A stretch of DNA of 32,010 nucleotides from a virus. Its lineage: Duplodnaviria > Caudoviricetes. Positions 10,601 through 19,254 of this stretch are shown one piece after another. The position numbers and the translations under genes are program-made. Each line of letters opens with the position of its first letter. The first letter of the stretch is position 1. The stretch is from positions 1 to 32,010 of IMG/VR virus record IMGVR_UViG_3300037851_000276. One strand, 5' to 3'. The notes below the pieces were generated by a model. The model worked only from the letters and a program-made list of their open reading frames with translations. It made no database searches and was not told the origin of the DNA.

Positions 10601-10990
10601 TTCGGTAGCAGTAACAGCACTAACCGTTACAAGCCCCGAGCCGTCTGACACCAGCGCCCTAGAGGCGGTAAGAGGTGCCATCTTAGAGAACGCAATAGCG
10701 GCAGATGCGTTGATGTCGGCGTTCACGATCACGCCTGTGGAGATAGACACCACCCCCGCATTATCAATGGCTATGTCTCCTGTAACGCCTACGGCGGTGG
10801 CTACGTTAGAACCATTGCCTACGTATATATTAGCACTTGGGAGTACGTTAGAGACAAAGACAGAGGTGTCAATAGAACTAATGCTCCCCACCCCAAGCGT
10901 TGCGGGGTCGACGGTGAGAATATTATCCCCCGCGCCCGAAGGCAAAGAAGAAGCAAATTTAAGTCCGTTCCTTACTACTAATTCACCCAT
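7607..10990 (-). CDS. Tail fibre protein (1127 aa)
   Basis: Gly/Thr/Ser-rich. Contains LTASRALVSDGSG...TELGYLSGVTS.IQTQL shaft repeats, GGTG motifs and a duplicated distal module. Confidence 0.8.
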   Translation of the reverse strand: MGELVVRNGLKFASSLPSGAGDNILTVDPATLGVGSISSIDTSVFVSNVLPSANIYVGNGSNVATAVGVTGDIAIDNAGVVSISTGVIVNADINASAAIAFSKMAPLTASRALVSDGSGLVTVSAVTATELGYLSGVTSALQTQLNAKQATITGGATSITSANLTASRALVSDGSGKVGVATTTATEIGYVNGVTSSIQTQLDSKQPDIQFKDEGVNAGTSGGVTTVAFVGAGVSAVESSGTLTVTIAGVANGLPSGGTADQYLSKIDGTDYNTQWSTLTVSKITDITATAAEINALAGAGVSGAEMGYLNGVTSSIQAQLDLKLDRALTNNYMFVGNASNVAIPLATGANGYVLTSVGGVPTWVAPGTGGTVTSVDVSGGTTGLTTSGGPVSTSGTITLAGTLIAANGGTGFASYAVGDILYANTTTTLAKLGAGTATYVLTSNGAGVAPSWQASGSGGAWLLASGGTLTGNNLVTGSYNIDFAPNRLQVTQNALASSWVKALTVTPGAHTAITNTLENINNDFGAVTQTWAGGGTVATQRGTYFRSQTLAGASAQTFTNAYTLYVDPPVAGTNATITNNWAAGFNGNTLITGNTFIASSGTITANTKLDVRGIGTNTSTTFSLLLSDAANTLRFRVSDNGTFNFNNMLILANRSFSYTATGSNGPDFSNTTTVTSTVGSYYSLKTSVAFSPSSGTATYAGLSIDGTYNVTGGTTTVYGIDYNPTLTSMTGATHYAIRTTSGGVLLAGGLTTSDAGATITANTKLDVRGISGGNVQVWKNNGGTTQLGVITNQGSVSFVQDSITTPSASAAKVLAVTPGSHTSMTASTEFLAYHFSGGAWSWSAGTVGTQRWALFEGSVVDSGTVTHGYTLYTTAPTAGSGTLTNAWAAGFDGNTLVTGDFYLGNTLTGGATRKVIADGSSSNVSLVLKNKGTADFSFETTSGSVSIIPAGSATFINIKGTGTTPSVSLASSSSNSGLFIQSDTASSGDILLYPADSGPFRVRIRGSAGSAAGGNVEIFGGSPGSGNNNGGSVYLASGTPAGSGTEGNVYVQSRAAGKLSFFNVTPVVQQSGLTAITHTAPGTPDYAIQDLTNSGGFGFATKDEGNTVLSVIKAMHDAMKAYGLLN

Positions 10991-11424
10991 TATATCTCTG
11001 TTATAACTACCTCCAACAAGTCTCCGGGGGCTACGCCCGTAAACGTATATGCACCCGCCACGGGGTCGCCAAATGCGATGTTATCTGTGTGTACAATGAC
11101 ACTGTTATGTAAAAAATCGACGGTGGTAGGAGTCAATGCTGTACCCGCGCTTTTGTTCCCGGTGGCGTTTACCGTGAACCCGGCGCCTGCTCCCGCATTC
11201 AGTGTGTCTGTATCTGAACCTCCGTTAGCCGGGGCTGGAACTGTCAAATTAGTTGTTCCCAAGGGCACTCCGTCAGGGGAAAAAAGCTCCATAGAAGATA
11301 CGTAATTGTACGTAGAATCGATGGTGGCAACCGAAAGCCCCACATCAAAAGGCGTGAAGGCTAAAAGATCGGTTTGTCGTATGCCAATAGCGCCTATCAT
11401 TGCAGTGTTCCAAACAAATCCCAC
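10990..11424 (-). CDS. Small tail-associated protein
   Basis: ORF lying between two fibre genes and overlapping both. Confidence 0.55.
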   Translation of the reverse strand: MGFVWNTAMIGAIGIRQTDLLAFTPFDVGLSVATIDSTYNYVSSMELFSPDGVPLGTTNLTVPAPANGGSDTDTLNAGAGAGFTVNATGNKSAGTALTPTTVDFLHNSVIVHTDNIAFGDPVAGAYTFTGVAPGDLLEVVITEI

Positions 11425-13043
11425 TCATTGGTGGCTACCTTAACCAGCGTTGCACCCCGATACTTCTGAGAAATAGTTACGTAATTGGGGTTTACTACTT
11501 GCAGGCCAATGGTGTTAATAGTAACCCCTGTGTCCGGTGCGATACGTGTATCCCCGTCTCCTGCCCGAACTATAATAACCTGCGAGCCTACTGGGAAAGC
11601 AACACTTGCATTGGCCGGAACAGTAAGTGTATTGGTGAGTGCATTGGCCATCCTGACTGAAGAATTTTTGTCAGAAAGTGCTAGCGTATAGGTTGTGCCC
11701 GTTTGATCGTTTATACCAACTTCATCAGGCATCTTGTTGTCAAGCTGTGTCTGGATAGCGGACGTTACTCCTGAGACGTAGCCAAGCTCCGTGGCAGTAA
11801 CCGATGACACAGCTACTTTCCCGCTTCCATCGGAAGCTAGGGCCCTAGAGGCCGTTAGGTTTGATGAGGTAATGGTGGTGGCTCCACCTGTTATAGTAGC
11901 CTGTTTTGAATCAATCTGAGTTTGAACAGCGGAAGTAACACCAGACAGGTAACCCAACTCCGTAGAGGTGGTGCCGCTAATTGCAATTTTACCCGCAGGG
12001 TTAGATACTACAGCCCGAGAGGCGGTCAAGTCTACGGCAACAACAGTAGAAATGGCTCCCGTAATGGAGCCAACTTTACTGTCAAGCTGTGTTTGGATAT
12101 TGGAGGTTACTCCCGACAGGTAACCAAGTTCTGTAGAGGTTACAGCAGATACACCCACTACTCCTGCCCCATCGGATACCAATGCCCGTGACGCAGTAAG
12201 GGCAGCCATCTTATTGAACGTAATGGCCGCCGCCGCGTTGATGTCGCCGTTAGTAATTACAAGAGGAGTAATGCTTACTACGCCCGTGTTGGTCATAGAC
12301 ACATCACCGCTGAGGGTCTGTGGCTGGGCTAGATTGGAAACGTCTCCAATAAACACCTGACCGTCGGGGAGTGAACTTCCTGTGTTGACAACAACCCCAA
12401 CACCGTTGTTAGGAATAAAGTATCGTGAGCCCACTACGTTCCACGTCCCCGAGGTAACAATGGCGTTGAGCCTTACGTTACCCCCAAATATTGTAACAGT
12501 AAAAGTAATTCCAGCGGTCGATCCGTTGACGTCGGGGGTGCCTAGTTCAGAGAAATCCACTGCAAGCCCGTCCTCAGTCCACGTAGCCCACACCGTACCC
12601 GCCCGTTGGGCGGTACCGTTAACAAGCACATCCCACCGAGCGCCGTAGGCGCTAGTGAGGGGGAAACTGTCAACCACTGTGTCGGTAGCTACACCCAAAG
12701 AAGAGAAATCTGTTCCACCGCCGTCCTGCCCCGCGGGGCCTTGAGTGCCTTGAACAATAATTGTAGTGCCGCCGCTAGGAACAGTAAGGGTAGGGAGTAC
12801 AGGGGCTACGGGATAGTCAAAAACCTCAGCAGCCTCGATGAGGCGTTGATACAGGTTATTGACTACAATATCCTCAAGATATGTGGTCTTGTAGCTTACA
12901 GCCTTCAACAGATCAGAGATAAGTACCGCCTGATCCATTTTTTTGGAAGCCAAAGGCTTACGCGTCTTGCAGAGTTCTACTACAAGGTCATCGCGCTTTA
13001 CCGCCGCTTGGTATTCTATACTCGATCCGCGAGGGTCTAGCAT
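11397..13043 (-). CDS. Tail fibre / hub protein (548 aa)
   Basis: Helical N-terminus, GTQGPAGQDG, three shaft repeats shared with 7607..10990, and a C-terminal INDQTGTTYTL...AFPVGSQV...ATLVKVATNEW fibre-tip domain. Confidence 0.75.
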   Translation of the reverse strand: MLDPRGSSIEYQAAVKRDDLVVELCKTRKPLASKKMDQAVLISDLLKAVSYKTTYLEDIVVNNLYQRLIEAAEVFDYPVAPVLPTLTVPSGGTTIIVQGTQGPAGQDGGGTDFSSLGVATDTVVDSFPLTSAYGARWDVLVNGTAQRAGTVWATWTEDGLAVDFSELGTPDVNGSTAGITFTVTIFGGNVRLNAIVTSGTWNVVGSRYFIPNNGVGVVVNTGSSLPDGQVFIGDVSNLAQPQTLSGDVSMTNTGVVSITPLVITNGDINAAAAITFNKMAALTASRALVSDGAGVVGVSAVTSTELGYLSGVTSNIQTQLDSKVGSITGAISTVVAVDLTASRAVVSNPAGKIAISGTTSTELGYLSGVTSAVQTQIDSKQATITGGATTITSSNLTASRALASDGSGKVAVSSVTATELGYVSGVTSAIQTQLDNKMPDEVGINDQTGTTYTLALSDKNSSVRMANALTNTLTVPANASVAFPVGSQVIIVRAGDGDTRIAPDTGVTINTIGLQVVNPNYVTISQKYRGATLVKVATNEWDLFGTLQ

Positions 13044-13046
13044 GCT

Positions 13047-13736
13047 TTAGGAATTAGCGAATTCTTCTGCCTTTCTAGCTACACGTTCTCCATCAGCTTG
13101 TTTGCCCCGCTGATCCAATGAGTTCATGGCCTCCACACAGAGCCGTACAAATTCGTAAGTAAGAACATCCTCCCCGCGGGTAGAATCACCGTAGCCTTCG
13201 ATGGCCGCGTCCTCGGCCTTGTTGCCGAACAGCACCTTGGCGTTGGGATAGATTACACGCTGAAGAAGCTGGAACTCTAGGTTGGGCGACTCCGTAGCCG
13301 TGCCGTCATTGTCAAGCAGGGACGTCGGATCAGATACCACTTCCCAATAAGAAGCGTTGGGCGGGGTTTGTCCTACCGATGCCTGAGTGGCTCGATATAC
13401 AACACCCCCCTCATATACAGCCTCATACTGCGCGTAGTTGGTGGCAATATCAAAATCACGAATGAACACAATTTTAAACTGATGCCACCCGTCTTTTTCA
13501 ATGTCAAATGTCACCTCTGTCCACGCATCGGCCCCGCTAGGAGAGTAGCTTACAAACGTAAGATCGTTCTCCTCGGTGCCGTCGGCGTTCATCTTAGCCC
13601 CCGTAATAAACAGGCCACCACCTCCACGTGCAGGGTTTCCACCTGTTCCATAGACGGTCGCGTCTGATATTGTGCCTAAAAAGATGTCGCCGTTCTTCGC
13701 CTCGGCAGTAAAGTCTAGTTCAAGTGTTAGTGCCAT
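13047..13736 (-). CDS. Virion protein with an inserted CBM5/12-like motif
   Basis: YAQYEAVYEGGVVYRA...TPPNASYWEVV aromatic pattern; lies just upstream of the fibre genes. Confidence 0.55.
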   Translation of the reverse strand: MALTLELDFTAEAKNGDIFLGTISDATVYGTGGNPARGGGGLFITGAKMNADGTEENDLTFVSYSPSGADAWTEVTFDIEKDGWHQFKIVFIRDFDIATNYAQYEAVYEGGVVYRATQASVGQTPPNASYWEVVSDPTSLLDNDGTATESPNLEFQLLQRVIYPNAKVLFGNKAEDAAIEGYGDSTRGEDVLTYEFVRLCVEAMNSLDQRGKQADGERVARKAEEFANS

Positions 13737-13935
13737 TTTCGTCGGAGAAGAAGTTTGTAATCATTTTGCCAATAGCGGTAAGTATGGACATCCCTATGAT
13801 CCACTCCTTGTGAACCTCCATGCCTGCAAAAGTAGCGGTCATGGTGGTTCCAAAGATCAGGATAGAGTCTCCTACCTTACGCCACTTGGTGGGCACTGGC
13901 GCAAAGTAACGATCTTGTGCCTTTTTGATGTTCAT
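13720..13935 (-). CDS. Putative holin
   Basis: 71 aa with a basic N-terminus (PTKWRKVGD) and two hydrophobic segments, near the lysin. Confidence 0.65.
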   Translation of the reverse strand: MNIKKAQDRYFAPVPTKWRKVGDSILIFGTTMTATFAGMEVHKEWIIGMSILTAIGKMITNFFSDENGTNT

Positions 13936-14234
13936 TTGTACTTGGTGGTTCCAATGAATCTGCCACCTGATTTTTTCTGACTTCCAAAAGTCTGGGCACG
14001 TTTACCCGGCTTGTAGGTGTTGGTGGTCGTTTTGATTAATGCAGGGCCTGTGTAGGAGGCTCCGGGAGTTGCAAAACCCATGCGGGCTTTAACAGCAGCA
14101 TCCATTTGTGGGTTGGTACCAATGGTGTATTGGCTTACATAGCCGTCCTGCTTTACGGTGGTCTTGTTGTGCTTTTTGTAATTCTTGGCTACGTCCGAAA
14201 TGGAGAGCTTTTTTCTTTTTGGCTTGGGAGGCAT
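13932..14234 (-). CDS. Small highly basic protein (start revised to MPPKPKRKK)
   Basis: ATG at 14234 directly follows the lysin stop; Lys-rich. Confidence 0.55.
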   Translation of the reverse strand: MPPKPKRKKLSISDVAKNYKKHNKTTVKQDGYVSQYTIGTNPQMDAAVKARMGFATPGASYTGPALIKTTTNTYKPGKRAQTFGSQKKSGGRFIGTTKYK

Positions 14235-14236
14235 AA

Positions 14237-14773
14237 TCAAAATTCGTTTAGTAATGTGTAGTTGAAAACAATTTGTCCTGACTTCTTGCACTCTTCAATA
14301 AGTAGTTTGAAGTCCTGTGGATTGGGGATTACCGTACAACCGGAACTCCAACGCGAAATGAACTTACTCACTGCGTTTTCAGAGGCACCGTGGATGTTGA
14401 TACCAAACCATCCCCACTCGGTGGGGCCTACGGCGTCTACTTTAGCATCCTTGTTCTTATCCCTGTAAACTTCTACAGGGGCTGCCTGAACCAAGGCCTC
14501 CTTGCCTTTGTGCAGACCCAACTTATACTTGTAACACCTGTCAGCCTTGAGCACAGCAGTGCCCTTGGGGTTCATCAGGTTCATCAAATAGTAAGTCCCC
14601 GAGTTAGTGGTGCAATCAAAAGTAAACAAAGACCCGCGTGTTAGTATGTAAAACTTGTCGTCGTACACGTCGGGCCTGTCAGCACCACTCCTGACCCCAA
14701 CAAGCATAAAGTCGCTGATCGGAAGACCGAGCGACTTTACGCGAGATGTGAGTGTCAGTTTGGTGTAGTTCAT
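14237..14773 (-). CDS. Putative endolysin, L,D-transpeptidase (YkuD)-like Cys peptidase
   Basis: GINIHGA-x(n)-WSSGCTV His/Cys motif; close to the holin. Confidence 0.65.
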   Translation of the reverse strand: MNYTKLTLTSRVKSLGLPISDFMLVGVRSGADRPDVYDDKFYILTRGSLFTFDCTTNSGTYYLMNLMNPKGTAVLKADRCYKYKLGLHKGKEALVQAAPVEVYRDKNKDAKVDAVGPTEWGWFGINIHGASENAVSKFISRWSSGCTVIPNPQDFKLLIEECKKSGQIVFNYTLLNEF

Positions 14774-15504
14774 TTCAGCTTTTTGACGAGCATCTTGAGC
14801 GCGTCATGCTTGTCCTTGTTGGCGAGCAGGTAACTTACGGCCTGATCTTCGTTGCCCCCAATGGTTTCCTTATCCCAGAAGATGGACTCACCCAATTTCT
14901 TAAGTTTGTTCATCTGAACGGCCTTGCGTATCAAAGCGCGTACCGGGGCGGCGTTGTCCTCCACAAAACGGAAGAAGCCCTCAGGGTCTTGGTCGGCGAA
15001 CATGAGAATCGCCCGCTGCTTAACATCGGGATCGTCGCTGAACACACCAATCAACGGAGCAATGTCGTCGTACTCGGCAGGCTTCAAAGCAAGAGCCTTA
15101 TTCATAGCATCTGCACGGCGCTTGATCCGGGAGGTATGCTCTTTGGCGTCCTTCACTTCATCAAGTTCCTTAAAAATTACCGGAGAATCTTCCCGAGCCG
15201 ACTTTGAATTCTGGCAGTTGGGGTGGTTCTTCAGGTACTCGTAAAGAGGCATCGACTCGGTACGTTCACCGTCGATGATTACCTTTACTGATTGTTTCTT
15301 TCCGCAACGATAAACCCTCTCTTTGGTAGAGAAGTAAATATCAAACGGGATGGCTACTTTTGTCTGAGGGTTCAGACCACGGATAGCCTCATACGTGTGT
15401 TCCCCGTCGGAGTAGGAGACAAAGCCCCATGAGCCCGGAATCGGAGTAATAAGGGCGAAATAGTAATAGTCGCCGTAGTTAAATAATTTGTTTTCTTTAG
15501 CCAT
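14770..15504 (-). CDS. Conserved protein downstream of the major capsid gene (crAss-like synteny)
   Basis: 244 aa with LKNHP and helical C-terminus; position matches crAss-like genomes. Confidence 0.55.
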   Translation of the reverse strand: MAKENKLFNYGDYYYFALITPIPGSWGFVSYSDGEHTYEAIRGLNPQTKVAIPFDIYFSTKERVYRCGKKQSVKVIIDGERTESMPLYEYLKNHPNCQNSKSAREDSPVIFKELDEVKDAKEHTSRIKRRADAMNKALALKPAEYDDIAPLIGVFSDDPDVKQRAILMFADQDPEGFFRFVEDNAAPVRALIRKAVQMNKLKKLGESIFWDKETIGGNEDQAVSYLLANKDKHDALKMLVKKLK

Positions 15505-15529
15505 AAAGTTTAGCAGTTTAATTGAAAGT

Positions 15530-15564
15530 TAAAAATAGGGGGGACCAGAGGTCCAGTCCCCCCT
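15530..15564 (-). terminator. Rho-independent terminator after the major capsid gene
   Basis: Minus strand AGGGGGGAC-tggacctctg-GTCCCCCCT followed by ATTTTTA. Confidence 0.75.
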
Positions 15565-15571
15565 TAAAAAA

Positions 15572-16807
15572 TTAGCTGTTTGCAATGAGCGCACCACTTC
15601 GATTGGGAAGCGCGAACTTAACCAGCATCTCAGTGAGGACTTGTACCTCAAAGCCGTCGAAGCTGTTAGCTGCAATTCCACCAGTATCCGAAGTGTTAGC
15701 TCCGCCGATTCCTACCATACCCGGAATCACCTTGTGAATGAGTTTGGCCTGACCTGCATCACCGTCGCGGTAGTACAGTTTCAGGAGCTTCTCTCCCTTG
15801 GACGTAGAACCCATATCAAGGAACAGGGCTACGTTACGGAAGTTCACCTTGGTAGACGTCGGAGTAGATACGAAAGGAAGCATCTTGTCATCATCGAACA
15901 GTGCATAGTGTACGAAGTTGAGCTTCTTGCCGAAGAACTGATAGGTCATGATGTCCAGACCCACAGCGTTTCCTCCGAAAGCACCGTAGTCAATACCACC
16001 GTTGACGGCGTAAGACTTCAGAGCCTGCTGGATTTGGCTGAAGGCAGTGGAACCACAAAGTACAAGCAGTTCAGAAGAAGAACCCTCACGTACCAAACGC
16101 TCGATGAGCGACTGGATGTTGGATTCAGTGATGCCCGTGCCCGAAGCGTAGTTGATGACTTGGCCTTCGCCAGCCGTTACTACACGATCCCAGATACCAC
16201 GCGTGGTCTTGGTAGAACCGCTCGAAGAGCGGGTACCGAACATGATCGTATTCTCGATATCACGGAAGTGCTCGTCGAACATGATCTGCTCGTTCTCCCA
16301 GTACCAGCTTTGGCCACCTGCCACGTCCAACCAAATTTTATTGGACAGCATGTCGCGACCTACCTTGGTACCACTCTTGAGAATCTGAGTATAGTTGTAC
16401 TCTTCAGTGGGCAGATAAACGCGTCCTGCAGGGCCGTTAGAGGCTTGTGCGTGGACGTTGAAGGCGTGGCCGAGTTTCTCGCCATCAGCCGTGTCGCCAG
16501 TTACGATGTTGGAACCATCGAACTTGGATACAGTGATAGTTTGAAAACCACCGGCATCACCTACTGCGGTAACTTTCAACAGTACCCCCGACTCGGTACG
16601 CAGAACGTCACCAACCAAGAAGTAACCAAGGTTAGCGCCCGTAGCAGCGATGTCAAGAGTATAAGTGTCAGAAGCAACAGCGTTCGTAAAGCCGCTTGAC
16701 AGCGTAGCCGATTTGCGGGTACGGTCAAGGACGCTCCACGAAAGAGTGTCGTTCATGATGGGTTCCCATGCACCCATGCGGTCGGTGAGGACCGTCAAAG
16801 TGTATTG
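15572..16807 (-). CDS. Major capsid protein, exon 2
   Basis: HK97/crAss-like MCP motifs (YNYTQI, ENTIMFG, TTRGIW). The frame extends upstream to CAA at 16807, immediately after the intron's terminal G. Confidence 0.85.
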   Translation of the reverse strand, partial: QYTLTVLTDRMGAWEPIMNDTLSWSVLDRTRKSATLSSGFTNAVASDTYTLDIAATGANLGYFLVGDVLRTESGVLLKVTAVGDAGGFQTITVSKFDGSNIVTGDTADGEKLGHAFNVHAQASNGPAGRVYLPTEEYNYTQILKSGTKVGRDMLSNKIWLDVAGGQSWYWENEQIMFDEHFRDIENTIMFGTRSSSGSTKTTRGIWDRVVTAGEGQVINYASGTGITESNIQSLIERLVREGSSSELLVLCGSTAFSQIQQALKSYAVNGGIDYGAFGGNAVGLDIMTYQFFGKKLNFVHYALFDDDKMLPFVSTPTSTKVNFRNVALFLDMGSTSKGEKLLKLYYRDGDAGQAKLIHKVIPGMVGIGGANTSDTGGIAANSFDGFEVQVLTEMLVKFALPNRSGALIANS

Positions 16808-17715
16808 CCTTTATACCGCCTCTTTCGAGGTATTTTCGTCGGAGTAGACTATATCTTCAACTTTAGCTATTCGCCTCCAAGGCTTTGTTGCTAAAATTGC
16901 TTCGCGCTTATCAAATTTGACTTTGTAGGTTAGGCACTTTATGTGCTCTAGTATTGGCTTTTTGACAACTTCTACGAACTTTATCGCCTCGGCGGTCCTG
17001 CATGAAAGGCCGTAATAGACATTTCCTTTCATTGGATAAATCCGAAGAGTAACTCCAAATTTTTTATTAAGAGCTTTTGCAACCACTTCTGCCTCCTGTT
17101 TTGGCAAACCAAGTGCCAAAGACAATGTAAGCGCCCCTGATTTATCTGTGTATAAACAGCCGTCATCAAGGTACCATATTGCAAGCCCCATTGGGGTTAA
17201 TCTTGAAATTGTTGCTTGGGTAATGTTCTTCTTATTGTTTCTGTAGAGATACCTACGGAGTATCCTAAAATACTTATTCCCTACGTATATTCCATAAGAA
17301 GGATATGAAACGCCTTTAGCTTTAGAATTAAACTGTCTTACTTTAATGGGCTTGCCGAGTATTTTTTCCAATAATCCGGCTTTCCACATAATGTAGTCTA
17401 GTTGTTTGGCGGAATGAACGATTGTCAATATAGAACTCCCGTACGCACCGCTTTCTTTAATAAAAGGCTTGCTGAGGTTCCCGTCCCCCAAGCACAAAGC
17501 CAACAGTAAGTTTTTGTGTTCTTTAGTCATTTCTGTAGTCGTTGAACCTTAACCCGACGTTTCGGGTTCTTGGCTGCTGATTACCCAATCTTTCTTTTTT
17601 CAGGCCTTCACGGTCCCCGTTTCCGGTATACGTTGTGGCAAGAAAGCTCTAAGGATTTCCCAGCAATTCACGAAGTTTTCATCGCAGGACGTTTCCTGCT
17701 ATGCCCCTAGTTAAA
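16808..17715 (-). mobile_element. Group I self-splicing intron (908 nt) in the major capsid gene
   Basis: P1: exon CCCU pairs with intron GGGG via a U.G splice site. Also P AAUUGCUGGG (17659-17668), Q AAUCAGCAGCC (17572-17582), R GUUCAACGACUA (17536-17547), S GAAGAUAUAGUCU (16846-16858), P3 CUUCGUG/CGCGAAG and a terminal G. Removal joins EKYP|QYTL in frame. Confidence 0.9.
16811..17530 (-). CDS. Intron-encoded LAGLIDADG homing endonuclease
   Basis: Two motifs, LLALCLGDG and LAIWYLDDG, plus HSAKQLDYIMWK; AT-richer than the flanks. Confidence 0.9.
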   Translation of the reverse strand: MTKEHKNLLLALCLGDGNLSKPFIKESGAYGSSILTIVHSAKQLDYIMWKAGLLEKILGKPIKVRQFNSKAKGVSYPSYGIYVGNKYFRILRRYLYRNNKKNITQATISRLTPMGLAIWYLDDGCLYTDKSGALTLSLALGLPKQEAEVVAKALNKKFGVTLRIYPMKGNVYYGLSCRTAEAIKFVEVVKKPILEHIKCLTYKVKFDKREAILATKPWRRIAKVEDIVYSDENTSKEAV

Positions 17716-17856
17716 AGGGTATTTTTCAATCAGCCACGAACTATGGGTGGGCTGAACAAGCCCCGCATTGAAGACATAATCTTGCAGCAGCGGGTTGCGG
17801 GAGATTGTCCCGCCGACTAAGGCTCCGCTAGGGAAACCTACGCCTGAAACTGGCAT
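17716..17856 (-). CDS. Major capsid protein, exon 1 (47 codons; absent from the ORF track)
   Basis: ATG at 17856 after an A-rich leader: MPVSGVGFPSGALVGG...WLIEKYP. The spliced product is 458 aa. Confidence 0.85.
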
Positions 17857-17884
17857 TTTTGTTTTGGTTTAGATATTGAACAAT

Positions 17885-18880
17885 TTATTTTGTCTGCTGC
17901 TTTACCCGTTCACGAGCCTGCCTTGCGAGCTTGTCGTGAATAGATTCAGCAGAGGGTTCAACCGAAAGACGCTCGGTGTTTCTACCAAGATCGACGTTCT
18001 GTACCTGCTTCAACTCTTCTTTTATGGTTTCTACTTTAGCCCTGTTCATCAAGTGTCCTTTCAAAGAGTCCCAGTTGGAAGTAATGAAAGAATCACGGAT
18101 GTGGCGCTGATAGTCGTAACCATTGGCCGTTTCGTAGCGGGGGTTCTTACCCCTCTCAGCGATTTCTTTGTAAATGGCTTTGCGATGCTTTTCAAGAACC
18201 TTGAAGTTTTCAATGGCCTCGACTTTGCCGAGTTCCGCCTGAAGTTGGTTCGTGAACTGCTCGCGCTGCCGCTGCTGTTCTCGCTGTGAGGATTCTACCT
18301 GAGAGAGGAGGTCCATCTCGGCGGCACGTTGGCGTTGCTCAAGCTCATTTCGTAACTTGAGTCCCTCGTACTGCTTTTGAAAGACGTTCATCGTCTCAAG
18401 TGCAAGTTTGCCCTGCTCCTTGTCGGGTATCTTACTCATGAAATCCATTTCAAATAATTGAACCGGATCAATCTGTGAGTAATCTACCGCGTTGACCTTT
18501 AGAAGTTGAAGCGGGTCGACGCCCTTCTTGGCGTACTCAACCGCTTTCTTCAGGTTGGTCGGCAAGCCCTCGAAAGGGTCTGCCTTTTGGGAGTTCAGTT
18601 TGGAGATAAAGTCCTCTTCGTTCTCTGCCTCGATGCCAACTTTCTTGGCGAACTCGCGGAAATCGAACCCTTGAGGTTTTACCTCTTCTTCCTTGTCCCA
18701 GTCAATTAACTGCGTTGTCGCCTCAACCGCCTTTTGCGGTTCTGAAGGCTCAACAGGGGGAGTGACATTGTCAACTACCTCTTTGACCACCTCGGGGGTG
18801 GGGGGTGCAGTTTGTTCAACTTTTCCGGCTCCTACTAGTTCCTGCAGGCCGGAGGCTGCTTTTTCTTTAAAATCTGCCAT
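17885..18880 (-). CDS. Putative capsid scaffolding protein
   Basis: Acidic, Pro/Glu-rich N-terminus and coiled coil, directly upstream of the MCP. Confidence 0.6.
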   Translation of the reverse strand: MADFKEKAASGLQELVGAGKVEQTAPPTPEVVKEVVDNVTPPVEPSEPQKAVEATTQLIDWDKEEEVKPQGFDFREFAKKVGIEAENEEDFISKLNSQKADPFEGLPTNLKKAVEYAKKGVDPLQLLKVNAVDYSQIDPVQLFEMDFMSKIPDKEQGKLALETMNVFQKQYEGLKLRNELEQRQRAAEMDLLSQVESSQREQQRQREQFTNQLQAELGKVEAIENFKVLEKHRKAIYKEIAERGKNPRYETANGYDYQRHIRDSFITSNWDSLKGHLMNRAKVETIKEELKQVQNVDLGRNTERLSVEPSAESIHDKLARQARERVKQQTK

Positions 18881-18949
18881 TGTTAAATTTGTTTAAATGT
18901 GATAGGGCCGGACTTACGCTTTTAGGCCGCCTAAAAGCCCTAAACCGCT

Positions 18950-19213
18950 TCAAAAAGCGGCAATGTGTTCTAGTGCTCCTTGTTTTGTAACAGCAAAAGT
19001 GGCCTCCCCCTTGTTATCCGTTATTTTCAAGGGCCCTGCATGCAGATAGACCTTTCGTCCTAGCAGCGTGGCCTCGGGGATAAACTTGTTGGGAGCCTGC
19101 GGATCGGGGCCCTCCTCCAAGACAGTAAACTCAATGTCATTGTCCTGAATGTAGGCTTTGATGATCCGCGTTATAAACTCTTCTGTTAGTGCTAAATTAT
19201 TTAGCTGAGGCAT
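18950..19213 (-). CDS. Hypothetical protein (87 aa)
   Basis: First ORF after the sigma-54-type promoter of the capsid operon. Confidence 0.55.
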   Translation of the reverse strand: MPQLNNLALTEEFITRIIKAYIQDNDIEFTVLEEGPDPQAPNKFIPEATLLGRKVYLHAGPLKITDNKGEATFAVTKQGALEHIAAF

Positions 19214-19239
19214 AAATTTCTTAGTACAACCTGTCTACA

Positions 19240-19254
19240 GCAAAAATCGTGCCA
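19240..19254 (-). promoter_or_regulatory. Sigma-54 promoter TGGCACGATTTTTGC
   Basis: Exact consensus, intergenic, upstream of the scaffold/MCP operon. Confidence 0.75.

Noticed and set aside
7607-13043. Diversity-generating retroelement or CRISPR-like repeats
   Set aside because: No reverse transcriptase, no adenine-specific TR/VR pair and no spacer array seen; the repeats are protein-coding.
15641-16699. 352-aa plus-strand ORF
   Set aside because: Antisense shadow of the major capsid gene caused by codon bias; no recognisable motifs.
16811-17530. Intein or free-standing endonuclease
   Set aside because: It has its own start and stop and lies inside a full group I intron core.
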